Assembly: GCA_028285625.1 (NCBI GenBank)
Contig: JANQOX010000025.1
Location: 206,461 to 270,460 of the forward strand
Length of the DNA stretch: 64,000 nucleotides
Direction: 5' to 3'
From: Myxococcota bacterium
GTDB lineage: Bacteria > Myxococcota_A > UBA9160 > UBA6930
Each line of letters begins with the position of its first letter. Position 1 is the stretch's first letter. The translations under genes and the position numbers were made by a program. The notes beneath the pieces were generated by a model that made no database searches, was not told where the DNA came from, and saw only the letters and a program-made list of their open reading frames with translations. This document shows positions 44,864 through 53,748 of this stretch, piece after piece.

Positions 44864-46077
44864 CCGGTCCGGCGAAGCCACGCGGCCATCTCCTCCAGGG
44901 CGGGCTCGCGGCCCGTCTCGACCGGAAACCCATAGTGATCGCCCGAGAAGCTCGCGCGCTCGAGCGACCCGGTGGCCAGCGAGCGGGCGATCAGGTCCTG
45001 ATCCCCGGGTAGGATGCAGTTGTCGGCGCTATAGCCGATCTGCAGGCACGGCAGCGTCATCTTCTGGCCGGTGTGCGCGATCTCGGCGCGCGAGGTGTGG
45101 CTCGACCATGTCGAAAGCCAGGCCTCCGGCGAGACGACCCGTGCGAACCCCACCGGGCCGTAGTTGATGAGGTCGGGCCGCACGCCGAACAGCGACCCGT
45201 AGTCGCGCTCGGAAGGATCGAGGGAGAGGTCGACGCAACGCGGGTCGGCATCGGTTCGATACACCAGCAGGAAGTCGGTGGCGATGGCAGCGCGGGCATC
45301 CTCGGGCGAAGGACCGTTCCGCAGCCGCTTGCGCGCGGCATCGCGCCGGGCGATGCGCTCGCGGGCCCGCTCGTCGATGCGCGCCATGCGGGCCCGCTGG
45401 GCGGCCCGGTAGCGCTCCAGGAAGTCGGCGGCGTAGCGGCTCGACTCGGGTGGTGTCGCAAAGCCGTTGTGTCCGGCGTACAGATCGAGAGCGGGGTCGC
45501 ACGACACCGGGTCGGCCTCGTCGATGACCGACGGATCGATCGCATGCGCAAGGAAGTGCCCCTCGCCGGGGTGCGCGGCGAGGTAGATCATGGCGTCGGC
45601 TGCGGGCATCGCGAGCTGGGTGAGATCGCAGGGGTCGCCGGCAGGCGTGTCACGCAGGCGCTCCGCCTCGGGGGCGAGGGCCTGCGATAGGTAGAAGGTG
45701 TAGAGCGATCCACCGCCGGAGTTGCCGCAGAGCACCACGCGATCGAAGCGCGGCCGCACGGCCGAGATGCCCGCCGCTACGTCGAAGAGCACGCGCTCGT
45801 GGATCAGCATCATGTCGTTGCCGACCCAGCGGCTGTTCTGACAGAGCACGGCGAAGCCGGCATCGACGAGCAGGGGCACGGCGTAGTGCTGGGAGAAGTC
45901 CGCGCGCGGGTGCATCAGGCACACCACCGTGTCCTCGCCCCCGCGCGCATACAGCCAGCCGTGGGAGATGGCCCGATCGGCCGTCTCGAACTCGAGGGGC
46001 TCGCATGTCGTGCCCGACGGGAGCGGCCGGTGCCACTGCACGGTCTTGTACGGGTTGTCGTAGCGCCCGATCCGCAA
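44860..46077 (-). CDS. Alpha/beta hydrolase fold protein
   Basis: Nucleophile elbow VLCGNSGGGSLY. HP...D upstream (oxyanion region VVCLMHPRADF). Confidence 0.75.
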   Translation of the reverse strand: MRIGRYDNPYKTVQWHRPLPSGTTCEPLEFETADRAISHGWLYARGGEDTVVCLMHPRADFSQHYAVPLLVDAGFAVLCQNSRWVGNDMMLIHERVLFDVAAGISAVRPRFDRVVLCGNSGGGSLYTFYLSQALAPEAERLRDTPAGDPCDLTQLAMPAADAMIYLAAHPGEGHFLAHAIDPSVIDEADPVSCDPALDLYAGHNGFATPPESSRYAADFLERYRAAQRARMARIDERARERIARRDAARKRLRNGPSPEDARAAIATDFLLVYRTDADPRCVDLSLDPSERDYGSLFGVRPDLINYGPVGFARVVSPEAWLSTWSSHTSRAEIAHTGQKMTLPCLQIGYSADNCILPGDQDLIARSLATGSLERASFSGDHYGFPVETGREPALEEMAAWLRRTG

Positions 46078-46128
46078 ATCAGGCCCCCCACGTCTCGGGG
46101 GCGCCCCCCGAGGCTGCCACGCGTGCGG

Positions 46129-47670
46129 TCATACGATGCGGTTCTCGTGGCCCGTCCAGTAGCGGTCCTTCAGCAGGCGCTTGTAGAGCTTGCCGGTGGG
46201 GTGTCGGGGGAGCTCTGCCTCGAAGTCGACGGTGCGCGGGCACTTGATGTGGCTGAGCTGCGAACGGCAGTAGTCGATCAGCTCCTGGGCCAGGGCCTCG
46301 TCGGCTTCGGCCATGTCCACCGGCTGGACGACGGCTTTCACCTCCTCGCCGAAGTCCTCGTTGGGTACGCCGATCACGGCCACGTCGTAGACCTTGGGGT
46401 GCGTGATCAGGACGTTCTCCGCCTCCTGTGGGTAGATGTTGACCCCGCCCGAGATGATCATGTGGGCCTTGCGATCGGTGAGATAGAGCCAGCCGTCCGC
46501 ATCCACGTAGCCGACGTCGCCGAGGGTGGTGTAGCCCTGCTTGCTGCGCGAGCCGGCGGTCTTGTCCGGCGCCTTGTGGTACTCGAACTCGACGTCGCTC
46601 TCGAAGTAGATGGTGCCGATCTCGCCGGCGGGCAGCTCGTTGCCGTCTTCGTCGAGGACGTGCACGACCGCGTTGATGGGCTTGCCCACCGAGCCCTTGT
46701 GTTCGAGCCACTCGTTGGAGTCGATGCGGCAGAACCCGTTGCCCTCGGTTCCGGCGTAGTACTCGTGGATGACGGGGCCCCACCACTCGATCATCTGCTC
46801 CTTCACCGGGATGGGGCAGGGCGCGGCGGCATGGATTGCGGCCTGCATGCTCGACACGTCGAAGCGTGCGCGGTCTTCTTCAGGGAGCTTCAGCATGCGC
46901 ACGAACATCGTGGGTACCCACTGGCTGTGGGTGGCGCGGTGGGTCTCGATGCAGCGCAGCGCGTCGAGCGCGTCGAAGTGCTCCATCACCACCACCTGGG
47001 CTCCCACGCGCAAGAAGCTCATGGTGAAGGCCAGAGGCGCCGCGTGGTAGAGCGGTGCGGGCGAGAGGTAGATCGCGTCGGGGCTGGCCCCGTACATGAC
47101 CATGATCCCCGCGGCGAGCGCCGGGTTGGTGCCGAAGGGCGTGCGCTGGAGCGGGTGCTTCACCCCCTTCGGGCGCCCGGTGGTGCCCGACGAGTACAGC
47201 ATCGACGCGCCTTCCCACTCCTCGGCCAGCGGCTCGGCGGGCTGCCCGTCGCGGGCGGTTTCGTAGGAGGCGTAGGCGCCGCGTTCGCCGCCGAGCAGGT
47301 AGCGCTGCTCGAGCCCGGGGCACTTGTCGGCGAGCGCATCGGCCAGTTCGCTCATCTTCTCCGAGGTGAGGAACACGCGGGCATCGCAGTCGTCGAGGAT
47401 GTACTCGACCTCGGGCGGCGTGAGGCGCGAGCTGATCGCGGTGAAGTAGAGCCCCGAGCGCTGGGCTGCCCAGCAGATCTCGTGGTAGCGGGCATTGTTC
47501 TCCATGCAGAGCGCGATGTGGTCGCCGTGCCGCAGCCCCAGCGAATGGAAGAGCTGCGCCGCCTGGTTGGAGCGGTCGTTCAACTCACCGAAGCTCACGC
47601 GTTCGCCGGAGCCGGCCATCACCAGAGCGGTCTTGTCGGGGGTCTTCGCGGCGTGCTCGCCCAGATGCAT
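46129..47670 (-). CDS. Acyl-CoA synthetase / AMP-dependent ligase
   Basis: The start MHLGEHAAKTPDKTAL is at 47670. AMP-binding motif MLYSSGTTGRPKGV, plus YYAGTEG, GDVGYVDADGWLYLTDR and PTGKLYKR. Confidence 0.92.
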   Translation of the reverse strand: MHLGEHAAKTPDKTALVMAGSGERVSFGELNDRSNQAAQLFHSLGLRHGDHIALCMENNARYHEICWAAQRSGLYFTAISSRLTPPEVEYILDDCDARVFLTSEKMSELADALADKCPGLEQRYLLGGERGAYASYETARDGQPAEPLAEEWEGASMLYSSGTTGRPKGVKHPLQRTPFGTNPALAAGIMVMYGASPDAIYLSPAPLYHAAPLAFTMSFLRVGAQVVVMEHFDALDALRCIETHRATHSQWVPTMFVRMLKLPEEDRARFDVSSMQAAIHAAAPCPIPVKEQMIEWWGPVIHEYYAGTEGNGFCRIDSNEWLEHKGSVGKPINAVVHVLDEDGNELPAGEIGTIYFESDVEFEYHKAPDKTAGSRSKQGYTTLGDVGYVDADGWLYLTDRKAHMIISGGVNIYPQEAENVLITHPKVYDVAVIGVPNEDFGEEVKAVVQPVDMAEADEALAQELIDYCRSQLSHIKCPRTVDFEAELPRHPTGKLYKRLLKDRYWTGHENRIV

Positions 47671-47833
47671 CGGACGTCTCCCTCTGGCAGTGTCGTCGGG
47701 TGTCGTGGATCGCCCGGCAGGCCCCAACGGCTCGTGCCGGGCTCGCCAGTATACGCCGGGAGTCGGTCCGCGGGTCGAGGCCCGGGGCCAGTAGCCGTGG
47801 GCACTGCGGCCCACCGGGCGCTATCAGAGGGGC

Positions 47834-48433
47834 GTGCTGAAGCTCCGATCCGCCACCGATCCGGCCTGGGCCGCGCGGGCTGCGGCGCATCTCGACGAGA
47901 TTCTCGTGGATCACGCGCACTGCGAGCGCAAGGCGGCGGGGCAGGCGGTCACGCTGCTCTTCCAGTATCCCGATCAGCCTGCGCTGCAGCAGCCGCTATC
48001 GGAGCTGGCGCGCGAAGAACTGACGCACTTCGAGGCCGTTCTCGCCGAGCTCGGTCGCCGCAACCTCGCGTTCGGGCGCCAGCGGGCCAGCGCCTACGGA
48101 GGCCGGCTGCGCAAGGCCGTCCGGCGAGACGAGCCCGCGCGCCTGCTCGACATCCTGCTCTGCGGCGCGCTGATCGAAGCGCGAAGCTGCGAGCGCCTGG
48201 GGCTGCTGTCGGACGCCCTGGCCGCCGACCCCGCTGAGGCGGGTCTGGCCGCGTTCTATCGCGGCCTTCACCGCGCCGAGGCCCGGCACCACGGTCTGTA
48301 CGTCGAACTCGCGTGTGCGGTCGCACCACGCGATGTCGTCGCACGGCGACTCGACGATCTGGCCGAGGAAGAGGCGCGGGCCCTGGCCGAAGCGGGGGGG
48401 CTCGCGCGCATCCACGCCAACGTGGACGGGTAG
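47834..48433 (+). CDS. miaE: tRNA-(ms2io6A37)-hydroxylase MiaE family di-iron protein
   Basis: LVDHAHCERKAA, EELTHFE, LIEARSCERL, AEARHH (ExxH-type ligand motifs). Confidence 0.85.
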   Translation: MLKLRSATDPAWAARAAAHLDEILVDHAHCERKAAGQAVTLLFQYPDQPALQQPLSELAREELTHFEAVLAELGRRNLAFGRQRASAYGGRLRKAVRRDEPARLLDILLCGALIEARSCERLGLLSDALAADPAEAGLAAFYRGLHRAEARHHGLYVELACAVAPRDVVARRLDDLAEEEARALAEAGGLARIHANVDG

Positions 48434-48456
48434 GGCCGGCGCTCGCGTCCGAAGCG

Positions 48457-49362
48457 CTACGGGCTCGCCGGAGCCGGCTGCGGCTCGCGCACCGTACGCG
48501 CGATCAGGTCGTCCTTGCAGTGGGTGCACAGGCCGTGGGTGAACGCGGCCTTCGAGTGGGCCTCGAGGTAGCCCTCGAGCTGTGTCCAGTACCCCTGGTC
48601 GTCGCGGATGCTCTTGCAGGACGAGCAGATCGGAAGCAGGCCCGAGAGCTCGCGGACTTCGGAGACCAGGCGGATCACCGCAGCGAACACCCAGGTCGCC
48701 AACGCGATGCCGGCGGCGAGCAGGCTGCCCCCCACCCACCAGGCCACGCGCTCGTCCCTTCGCGCGGCGTTGGCGGCGTCGTCAGCCGCGGCTCCTGCCG
48801 ACGCGAGCAGTGCGCCCAGGGCGGTTTCGAGCCCGTCTTCGAGCGCCACGGCCTGGTGCGCGGCGGCGACCGCCCGGCCGCGTTCACCCGCGTCGAGCAG
48901 GGCAAAGGCCTCGCGGACGCGCGCCGCATAGGCGTTGTGGGCGGCATCGAGTCGCGCGATCTGCCGGGTCATCGTCTCCGCGCCCGGGTCCTGCGCGCGC
49001 ACCGCGTCCTTGGCCAGGCCGCGTGCTTCCTGGAGCTGGGACCAGATCGTGGCGGCGCGGGCTGCGTGTTCGTCCCGCGCGGCGGCGTAAGCGGCCTGAG
49101 CGTCGGCGGATCGGTGCCGGTCGTCCGCATGCCGGATCGCCCGCTCGAGCAGAACCGCCTGCTCGTGGTAGGCGTCGTTGACCCCCACGGCGATGGTCAG
49201 CAGCGGCACGTCGCGGGCGGTGACGCGCGCCAGGGCCTGGGAGGCCCGGGCGCGCGTCCCTAGCGCCGCACCGATGGCGACCGTCATGAACAGCAGCAGG
49301 CCCAGCAACAGGGCCAGGATCTTGGTCCGGATGGCCACAACCTCTCTCCTGCCTCGAAGCAT
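48457..49362 (-). CDS. Membrane sensor: four-helix-bundle-like periplasmic region + TM + C-terminal Cys4 motif
   Basis: TM1 ILALLLGLLLFMTVAIGAAL, an Ala-rich helical ectodomain, TM2 WWVGGSLLAAGIALATWVFAAVI. C-terminus LPICSSCKSIRDDQGYWTQLEGYLEAHSKAAFTHGLCTHC. Confidence 0.7.
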   Translation of the reverse strand: MLRGRREVVAIRTKILALLLGLLLFMTVAIGAALGTRARASQALARVTARDVPLLTIAVGVNDAYHEQAVLLERAIRHADDRHRSADAQAAYAAARDEHAARAATIWSQLQEARGLAKDAVRAQDPGAETMTRQIARLDAAHNAYAARVREAFALLDAGERGRAVAAAHQAVALEDGLETALGALLASAGAAADDAANAARRDERVAWWVGGSLLAAGIALATWVFAAVIRLVSEVRELSGLLPICSSCKSIRDDQGYWTQLEGYLEAHSKAAFTHGLCTHCKDDLIARTVREPQPAPASP

Positions 49363-49465
49363 AGACGCAGCGCGTTAAGCGTCAATGTACGCAGAAGGGC
49401 TCGTAACGTGCTGGAATCATTCACCTGTGCTCTGCGCCGTGACGCGGCGCGAAACGTCCCGGCGG

Positions 49466-50839
49466 CTACCGGGTCGCGAGCGAGCCCAGGCGGGCAACGG
49501 CTGGGGGGCAGGCGAGGCCGGCGTCCAGGTCGTAATCCCCGGCGCCGTGGAGCACCTCGACGTTGCCGTCTGCAATGAGTCGGATCCGCTGGGCGCCCGC
49601 GCCGTTCACGGGCTGGTCGCCCTCGAGCCGGATGTCGCCGCCGGCCCGCACCACGAGGCCTTCGAAGTCGAGACCGCGTACCGGCACGAGTACGTCCGAA
49701 GCCCCGATCACCGTCACGCGTTCTCGTCCGTCGCCGCCTACCGGCTCGAGACCGACCACGGGCTGACCGGCTTTCACGACGATCGGCACCGTGCTCACGA
49801 AGGTGAGGCCGCGCATGCCGACGGGTCCGTTCGGGCTGACCTTCGTGTTCACGGCGGGGTTGTGCCAGCGAAGCGAAGCCGCCGAGAGACCATCGTCCGG
49901 CGCTTCGTAGAAGATCACCGTCGGCTGCTCGCCGGCGGGCTCGATGGCCGTGAGGTCGAAGAATGCGGTGCGGGCGAAGCTACGTCCCTGCGTCGCCTGT
50001 TCGGCACCCACGCCGTAGTAGACGCCATCGGGGGACGATCCCTCCGTATAGATGACATCGGCGGCGGCGCGTAGCTCGTCGAGGAGTGTGGCGTCGACCG
50101 GCCGGATGTCATCGAGTCTCGGGGCCTGTGATTCGGCGTCGGCCAAGGCCGCCGGGCGCACGTTGGCGAATCGTTCGACGGTGGGGCCGAAGATTCCGAA
50201 CGTGATCACCTGATCGGCCTCGAAGATCGATCCCTCCGCGGACCATGCCGTCTCGCGGATCTGCGGCGAGCCCGAGACGATCACGTCGCCGTTGGCGTGG
50301 ACGAGCCCGCCACGCAGTGCACCGCCGGTGCTGCCGTCGAGAAAGAGCCGCACCTCTCCGCCCGGGTCGAGCGAGATGAGGCCGTAGTTGCGCAGGTGCG
50401 CGACCGACGCGGCGGAGACCCTGACGCCATCGCGCCGTCCGCCGCGAAGCAGGGTCGGGACCACACGCGAGAGGCGAATGCGGTAGGCGTTGCCGACGGC
50501 GTCTTCCGGGAAGCCGGGCGATCCCGCGGCGACGAACTCGGAGCCGTCCGCGAACGCATCGCGCATGTCGTTCTCGTCGAACCAGCCGCGCGTGATTTCG
50601 AGCACGTCCTCGTCGCGCGCTCCGGCGGCCTGCGCCATCACGCGCACGGCGGCCTCGGGGTCGTCGTCACACAGCGCCTGCGCGCCCGCCAGCGCCGCCG
50701 CGCGGGACGCGGTGGCCAGGCGGCCGCGCTCGGCGAACAGCACGCCGGTATCGGTGACGAGGCCCAGCAGCAGTACGCCGAGCAGAAGCAGGAGTGCCGC
50801 GGAGACGGCGATGCTGCCGGTCTGGCGTCGGCGCAGCAT
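49466..50839 (-). CDS. tadG: TadG-like Flp-pilus assembly protein
   Basis: The start is MLRRRQTGS at 50839. TadE/G-like N-terminus GSIAVSAALLLLLGVLLLGLVTDTGVLFAERGRLATASRAAALAGA, followed by a large beta-rich domain. Confidence 0.7.
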   Translation of the reverse strand: MLRRRQTGSIAVSAALLLLLGVLLLGLVTDTGVLFAERGRLATASRAAALAGAQALCDDDPEAAVRVMAQAAGARDEDVLEITRGWFDENDMRDAFADGSEFVAAGSPGFPEDAVGNAYRIRLSRVVPTLLRGGRRDGVRVSAASVAHLRNYGLISLDPGGEVRLFLDGSTGGALRGGLVHANGDVIVSGSPQIRETAWSAEGSIFEADQVITFGIFGPTVERFANVRPAALADAESQAPRLDDIRPVDATLLDELRAAADVIYTEGSSPDGVYYGVGAEQATQGRSFARTAFFDLTAIEPAGEQPTVIFYEAPDDGLSAASLRWHNPAVNTKVSPNGPVGMRGLTFVSTVPIVVKAGQPVVGLEPVGGDGRERVTVIGASDVLVPVRGLDFEGLVVRAGGDIRLEGDQPVNGAGAQRIRLIADGNVEVLHGAGDYDLDAGLACPPAVARLGSLATR

Positions 50840-50862
50840 GGGGCGTCGGCAGCGCGAGGCGC

Positions 50863-51171
50863 TCACCTCAGCTGGCGCACCTGTTGCGAAGCGCTTGGTT
50901 GGACCTCGGGCTCCTCGAGCAGGGACTCGACGTAGCGTTCTTCGTAGACGCGGTTCGCGACCTCGCCCGGTAGCCCCTCGGCCGGCGTCGCGTCCTGGGC
51001 CCCGGACGGGTTCACGACCTGGGCTTGGAAGGCATCCCGGTAGGCGTCGCCGTAATCGTCGCTGATGTGCCGCTTCGGCCCTGCGCAGGCCAGCGCCAGG
51101 AGCGCGGCGCAGCCGAGCAGCGCACAGGTCGTTCGAGAGGCCGTTCGCGGTCTGGTGTGGTTCGGGATCAT
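50863..51171 (-). CDS. Small lipoprotein within the tad locus
   Basis: The ATG shares one base with the tadD stop (TGATG). Lipobox LLALAC. 102 aa. Confidence 0.6.
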   Translation of the reverse strand: MIPNHTRPRTASRTTCALLGCAALLALACAGPKRHISDDYGDAYRDAFQAQVVNPSGAQDATPAEGLPGEVANRVYEERYVESLLEEPEVQPSASQQVRQLR

Positions 51172-51947
51172 CAAGGGGTCTCCTCTCGGGGCTCGAGTCG
51201 TGCGAGGTTGCGGCGCGCCGGGGCGAAACGGGGGTCGAGCTCGACGGCGTCGCGATAGCGGGCTCGCGCGCGATCGGTGTCGCCGCGCAGTTCGAGAACC
51301 GCACCGAGGTCGTTCATCGCCGCGGCGAGCGGGCGGCCTTGGGACAGGACCCGCAGCGCTTCGTCTTCGCGCCCCAGCAGGGTCAGCGAAGCCGCCAGAT
51401 TGATGCGCGCCGGGGCGAAATCGGGATCGAGCGACAGGGCGCGCTCGAAGTGCTTGCGCGCGGTGGCAGGTTCTCCGGCCGCCAGTCGCGAGAAGCCCAG
51501 GTCGTTGTGGAACGCCGGACGCGCCGGATCGAGTGCGATCGCCCGCAGGTAGGCCGACTGCGCATCTTCGGCCCGGCCGAGCTGGTCGAGGGTGAGGCCG
51601 AGTCCATGGTGGGCGCGCGCATGGGAGGGGTCGGCGTCGACCAGCCGTGAGAAGGTGTCCTCGGCTTCTTCCAGCCGGCCTTCTTCGCGCAGTGAGATGG
51701 CGCGCAGGTGCTGGACTTCCGCGTCGTCGTCGGGAGCGCGTTCGAGCTGGACGAGGGCCACGTCGTGCAGGCCGCGCCGCACCAGCTCGCGCGCTAGCGA
51801 GACCACCTGGGCGTCGCTCGGGGCGTCGACCACCGGCACCTCCGGCTCGTTCGGGGTCGCGCACGCGAAGGTGAGCGCTGCGACGCATGCGGCGGTCGCG
51901 CCGCGCCACGCGCGGCTCGCAGGGTGTCGGGCTCGGACGCGTCTCAT
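51171..51947 (-). CDS. tadD: TPR-repeat lipoprotein, TadD-like
   Basis: Lipobox ALTFAC. At least five TPR-like repeats (AHHGLGLTLDQLGRAEDAQSAYLRAIALDP etc.). Confidence 0.75.
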   Translation of the reverse strand: MRRVRARHPASRAWRGATAACVAALTFACATPNEPEVPVVDAPSDAQVVSLARELVRRGLHDVALVQLERAPDDDAEVQHLRAISLREEGRLEEAEDTFSRLVDADPSHARAHHGLGLTLDQLGRAEDAQSAYLRAIALDPARPAFHNDLGFSRLAAGEPATARKHFERALSLDPDFAPARINLAASLTLLGREDEALRVLSQGRPLAAAMNDLGAVLELRGDTDRARARYRDAVELDPRFAPARRNLARLEPREETP

Positions 51948-52831
51948 TGGAATCGCTCCATCAGCCGGATCAGGCCAGGCCCCGCCACCACGATGAGCAG
52001 AGCGGGGAGGATGAACAGGATCATGGGGAAGGTGATGCGCACGGGGGTTCGCGCGCCCTTCTCCTGCGCCGCCTGGCGTCGCTCGGTCCGAAGCGCGGCG
52101 GCTTGCACGCGCAGTGCTTCGCTCACGTCGGTGCCGTAGCGCTGCGACTGCAGCAGCACCGTCACGACGGCGTCGACCGCACGGACCCCGCAGCGCTCGC
52201 GGAGGTGATCGAGCGCACGCTCCCGCGAGAGTCCCCCTCGAATCTCGCGCAGGGCGTGCCGCAGTTCGGCGGAGAAGACGGGTGCCACATGCTCGAGTTC
52301 GCCGCTGGCACGCTCCGCGGCCGACTCGAAGCCGAGCCCGCCTTCCATCGCCACCAGCACCAGGTCGAGCAGGTCAGGGAGCTCCTCGACGATGCGCGCC
52401 CGTCGGTGGTCGCGCATCAGGCGAACCACGATCGCCGGGCCCAGGTAGCCCACCGCGGCGAGCGCCAGCGCCCAGGCGAGCGCCTGGGAGCCCGCCGTCG
52501 GGATCATCGCCAGCGCGGGCAAGGCGAGGACGGCCGCGGTGAGCAAGCGTGCCCCGTAGAAGGCCGGGAGTGCATCGTCCTGGGCCCATCCAGCTTCGGC
52601 CAGCCGGGCGCGAGCCTCGCGCTGCTCTTGCGGATCCGAGGGGACGCCGGCGTTGCCGATGCGCGCGAGCGCGTCTCGCAACCCGCGATCCGGCGCAGCC
52701 CGGTCGCCGCTCAGTTCGTGAACCAGGTTGCGGCGCCGCAGGAAACGACGGACGACGGCATCGGCGGCCAGAATCGCGCTGGCGCCGCCGGCGAAGGCCA
52801 CGAACCCGAGTGCCAGGGTCGATGCACTCAT
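51944..52831 (-). CDS. tadC: Flp pilus assembly inner-membrane protein TadC (T2SS F family)
   Basis: T2SSF domain ELPDLLDLVLVAMEGGLGFESA...LLQSQRYGTDVSEALR. C-terminal TM pair. 4-nt overlaps on both sides. Confidence 0.85.
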   Translation of the reverse strand: MSASTLALGFVAFAGGASAILAADAVVRRFLRRRNLVHELSGDRAAPDRGLRDALARIGNAGVPSDPQEQREARARLAEAGWAQDDALPAFYGARLLTAAVLALPALAMIPTAGSQALAWALALAAVGYLGPAIVVRLMRDHRRARIVEELPDLLDLVLVAMEGGLGFESAAERASGELEHVAPVFSAELRHALREIRGGLSRERALDHLRERCGVRAVDAVVTVLLQSQRYGTDVSEALRVQAAALRTERRQAAQEKGARTPVRITFPMILFILPALLIVVAGPGLIRLMERFQ

Positions 52832-53748
52832 ACGCGTACCCGCGAGAGTGCACGCATGGCCATGAAGCCCACGCCCTCGAGCACGAGTGCTGCCAGCAGC
52901 AGGGCCCGGCCCGTGGGCGCCTCGAAGAGCGGCGCCACGTAGGCGGGGCGCAAGAGCGCGATGCCCACCATGAACACGAGCGGCAGGAGCGCCAGGACGA
53001 TTGCGGTGGCGCGTCCTTCAGCGGTGACCGCACGCACGTCGCGCCGAAACACCACGCGCTCACGCAGGGTGGCGGCGAGCCGCTCGAGGATGTGGGCCAG
53101 GTTGCCGCCGGTTTCACGCTGCAGCACCAGCGCGGCCACCAGGAAGCGCACCTCGGCCACGCCCGGGTAGCGTTCGGCCAGCCCGCGAACCGCCCGCTCG
53201 AAGGGCGCGCCCAGTCGGAACTCTTCCTCCACCCGTCGCAGCGCACGGCCCACCGGATCGGGCATGCGTTCCCCCGCTTCGCGCAGCGCGGCATCCATGG
53301 GCTGGCCCGAGCGGATCGCCCGCGCGACCACGTCGATCGCCTCGGGTAGCTGGGCCTGAAGGGCCTCTTCGCGGCGGCCGCGCCGCGCTCGAAGGGAGGC
53401 ACAGCCGCCGAGGGGCGTGGCGATGCCTGCCAGGAGCGCCCAGCCGATCGAGCCGGATAGGGCGAGCGCGATGGTACCCAGGGCGATGGAGAGCCCGCCG
53501 AGGGCGGCCAGGAAGCGGGAGGGAGCCATCGCGATCCCGGCGCCGTCGAGAAGTGTCGGCAGCGACAGCCACACGGCCAGCGTCTCGAGCGGCGGGGTGG
53601 CCGCAGGATCCGGTTCGTGCGCAAGTTGGGGGCGCAACGGCGCGAGCGCTTCGATCACCTGGGTGCGGCGGCGGCTGCGCAGGTCGGCACGCCACAGCCA
53701 CACCCCCAGGGCGAGCAGGGTCAGCGCCGTCACGGCCGCGACGATCAC
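52828..53748 (-). CDS. tadB: Flp pilus assembly inner-membrane protein TadB (T2SS F family)
   Basis: QLPEAIDVVARAIRSGQPMDAAL...LVLQRETGGNLAHILERLA. Confidence 0.85.
   Translation of the reverse strand: MIVAAVTALTLLALGVWLWRADLRSRRRTQVIEALAPLRPQLAHEPDPAATPPLETLAVWLSLPTLLDGAGIAMAPSRFLAALGGLSIALGTIALALSGSIGWALLAGIATPLGGCASLRARRGRREEALQAQLPEAIDVVARAIRSGQPMDAALREAGERMPDPVGRALRRVEEEFRLGAPFERAVRGLAERYPGVAEVRFLVAALVLQRETGGNLAHILERLAATLRERVVFRRDVRAVTAEGRATAIVLALLPLVFMVGIALLRPAYVAPLFEAPTGRALLLAALVLEGVGFMAMRALSRVRV

Noticed and set aside
43608-44933. 441-aa ORF containing the VOC domain. The same applies to 26998-28407, 29041-31641, 33320-35854, 50863-51909, 58681-59574 and 60128-61354.
   Set aside because: Only the 3' portions encode recognisable proteins with their own signal peptides, SDs or overlap starts. 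The 5' extensions run antisense or out of frame through neighbouring genes.
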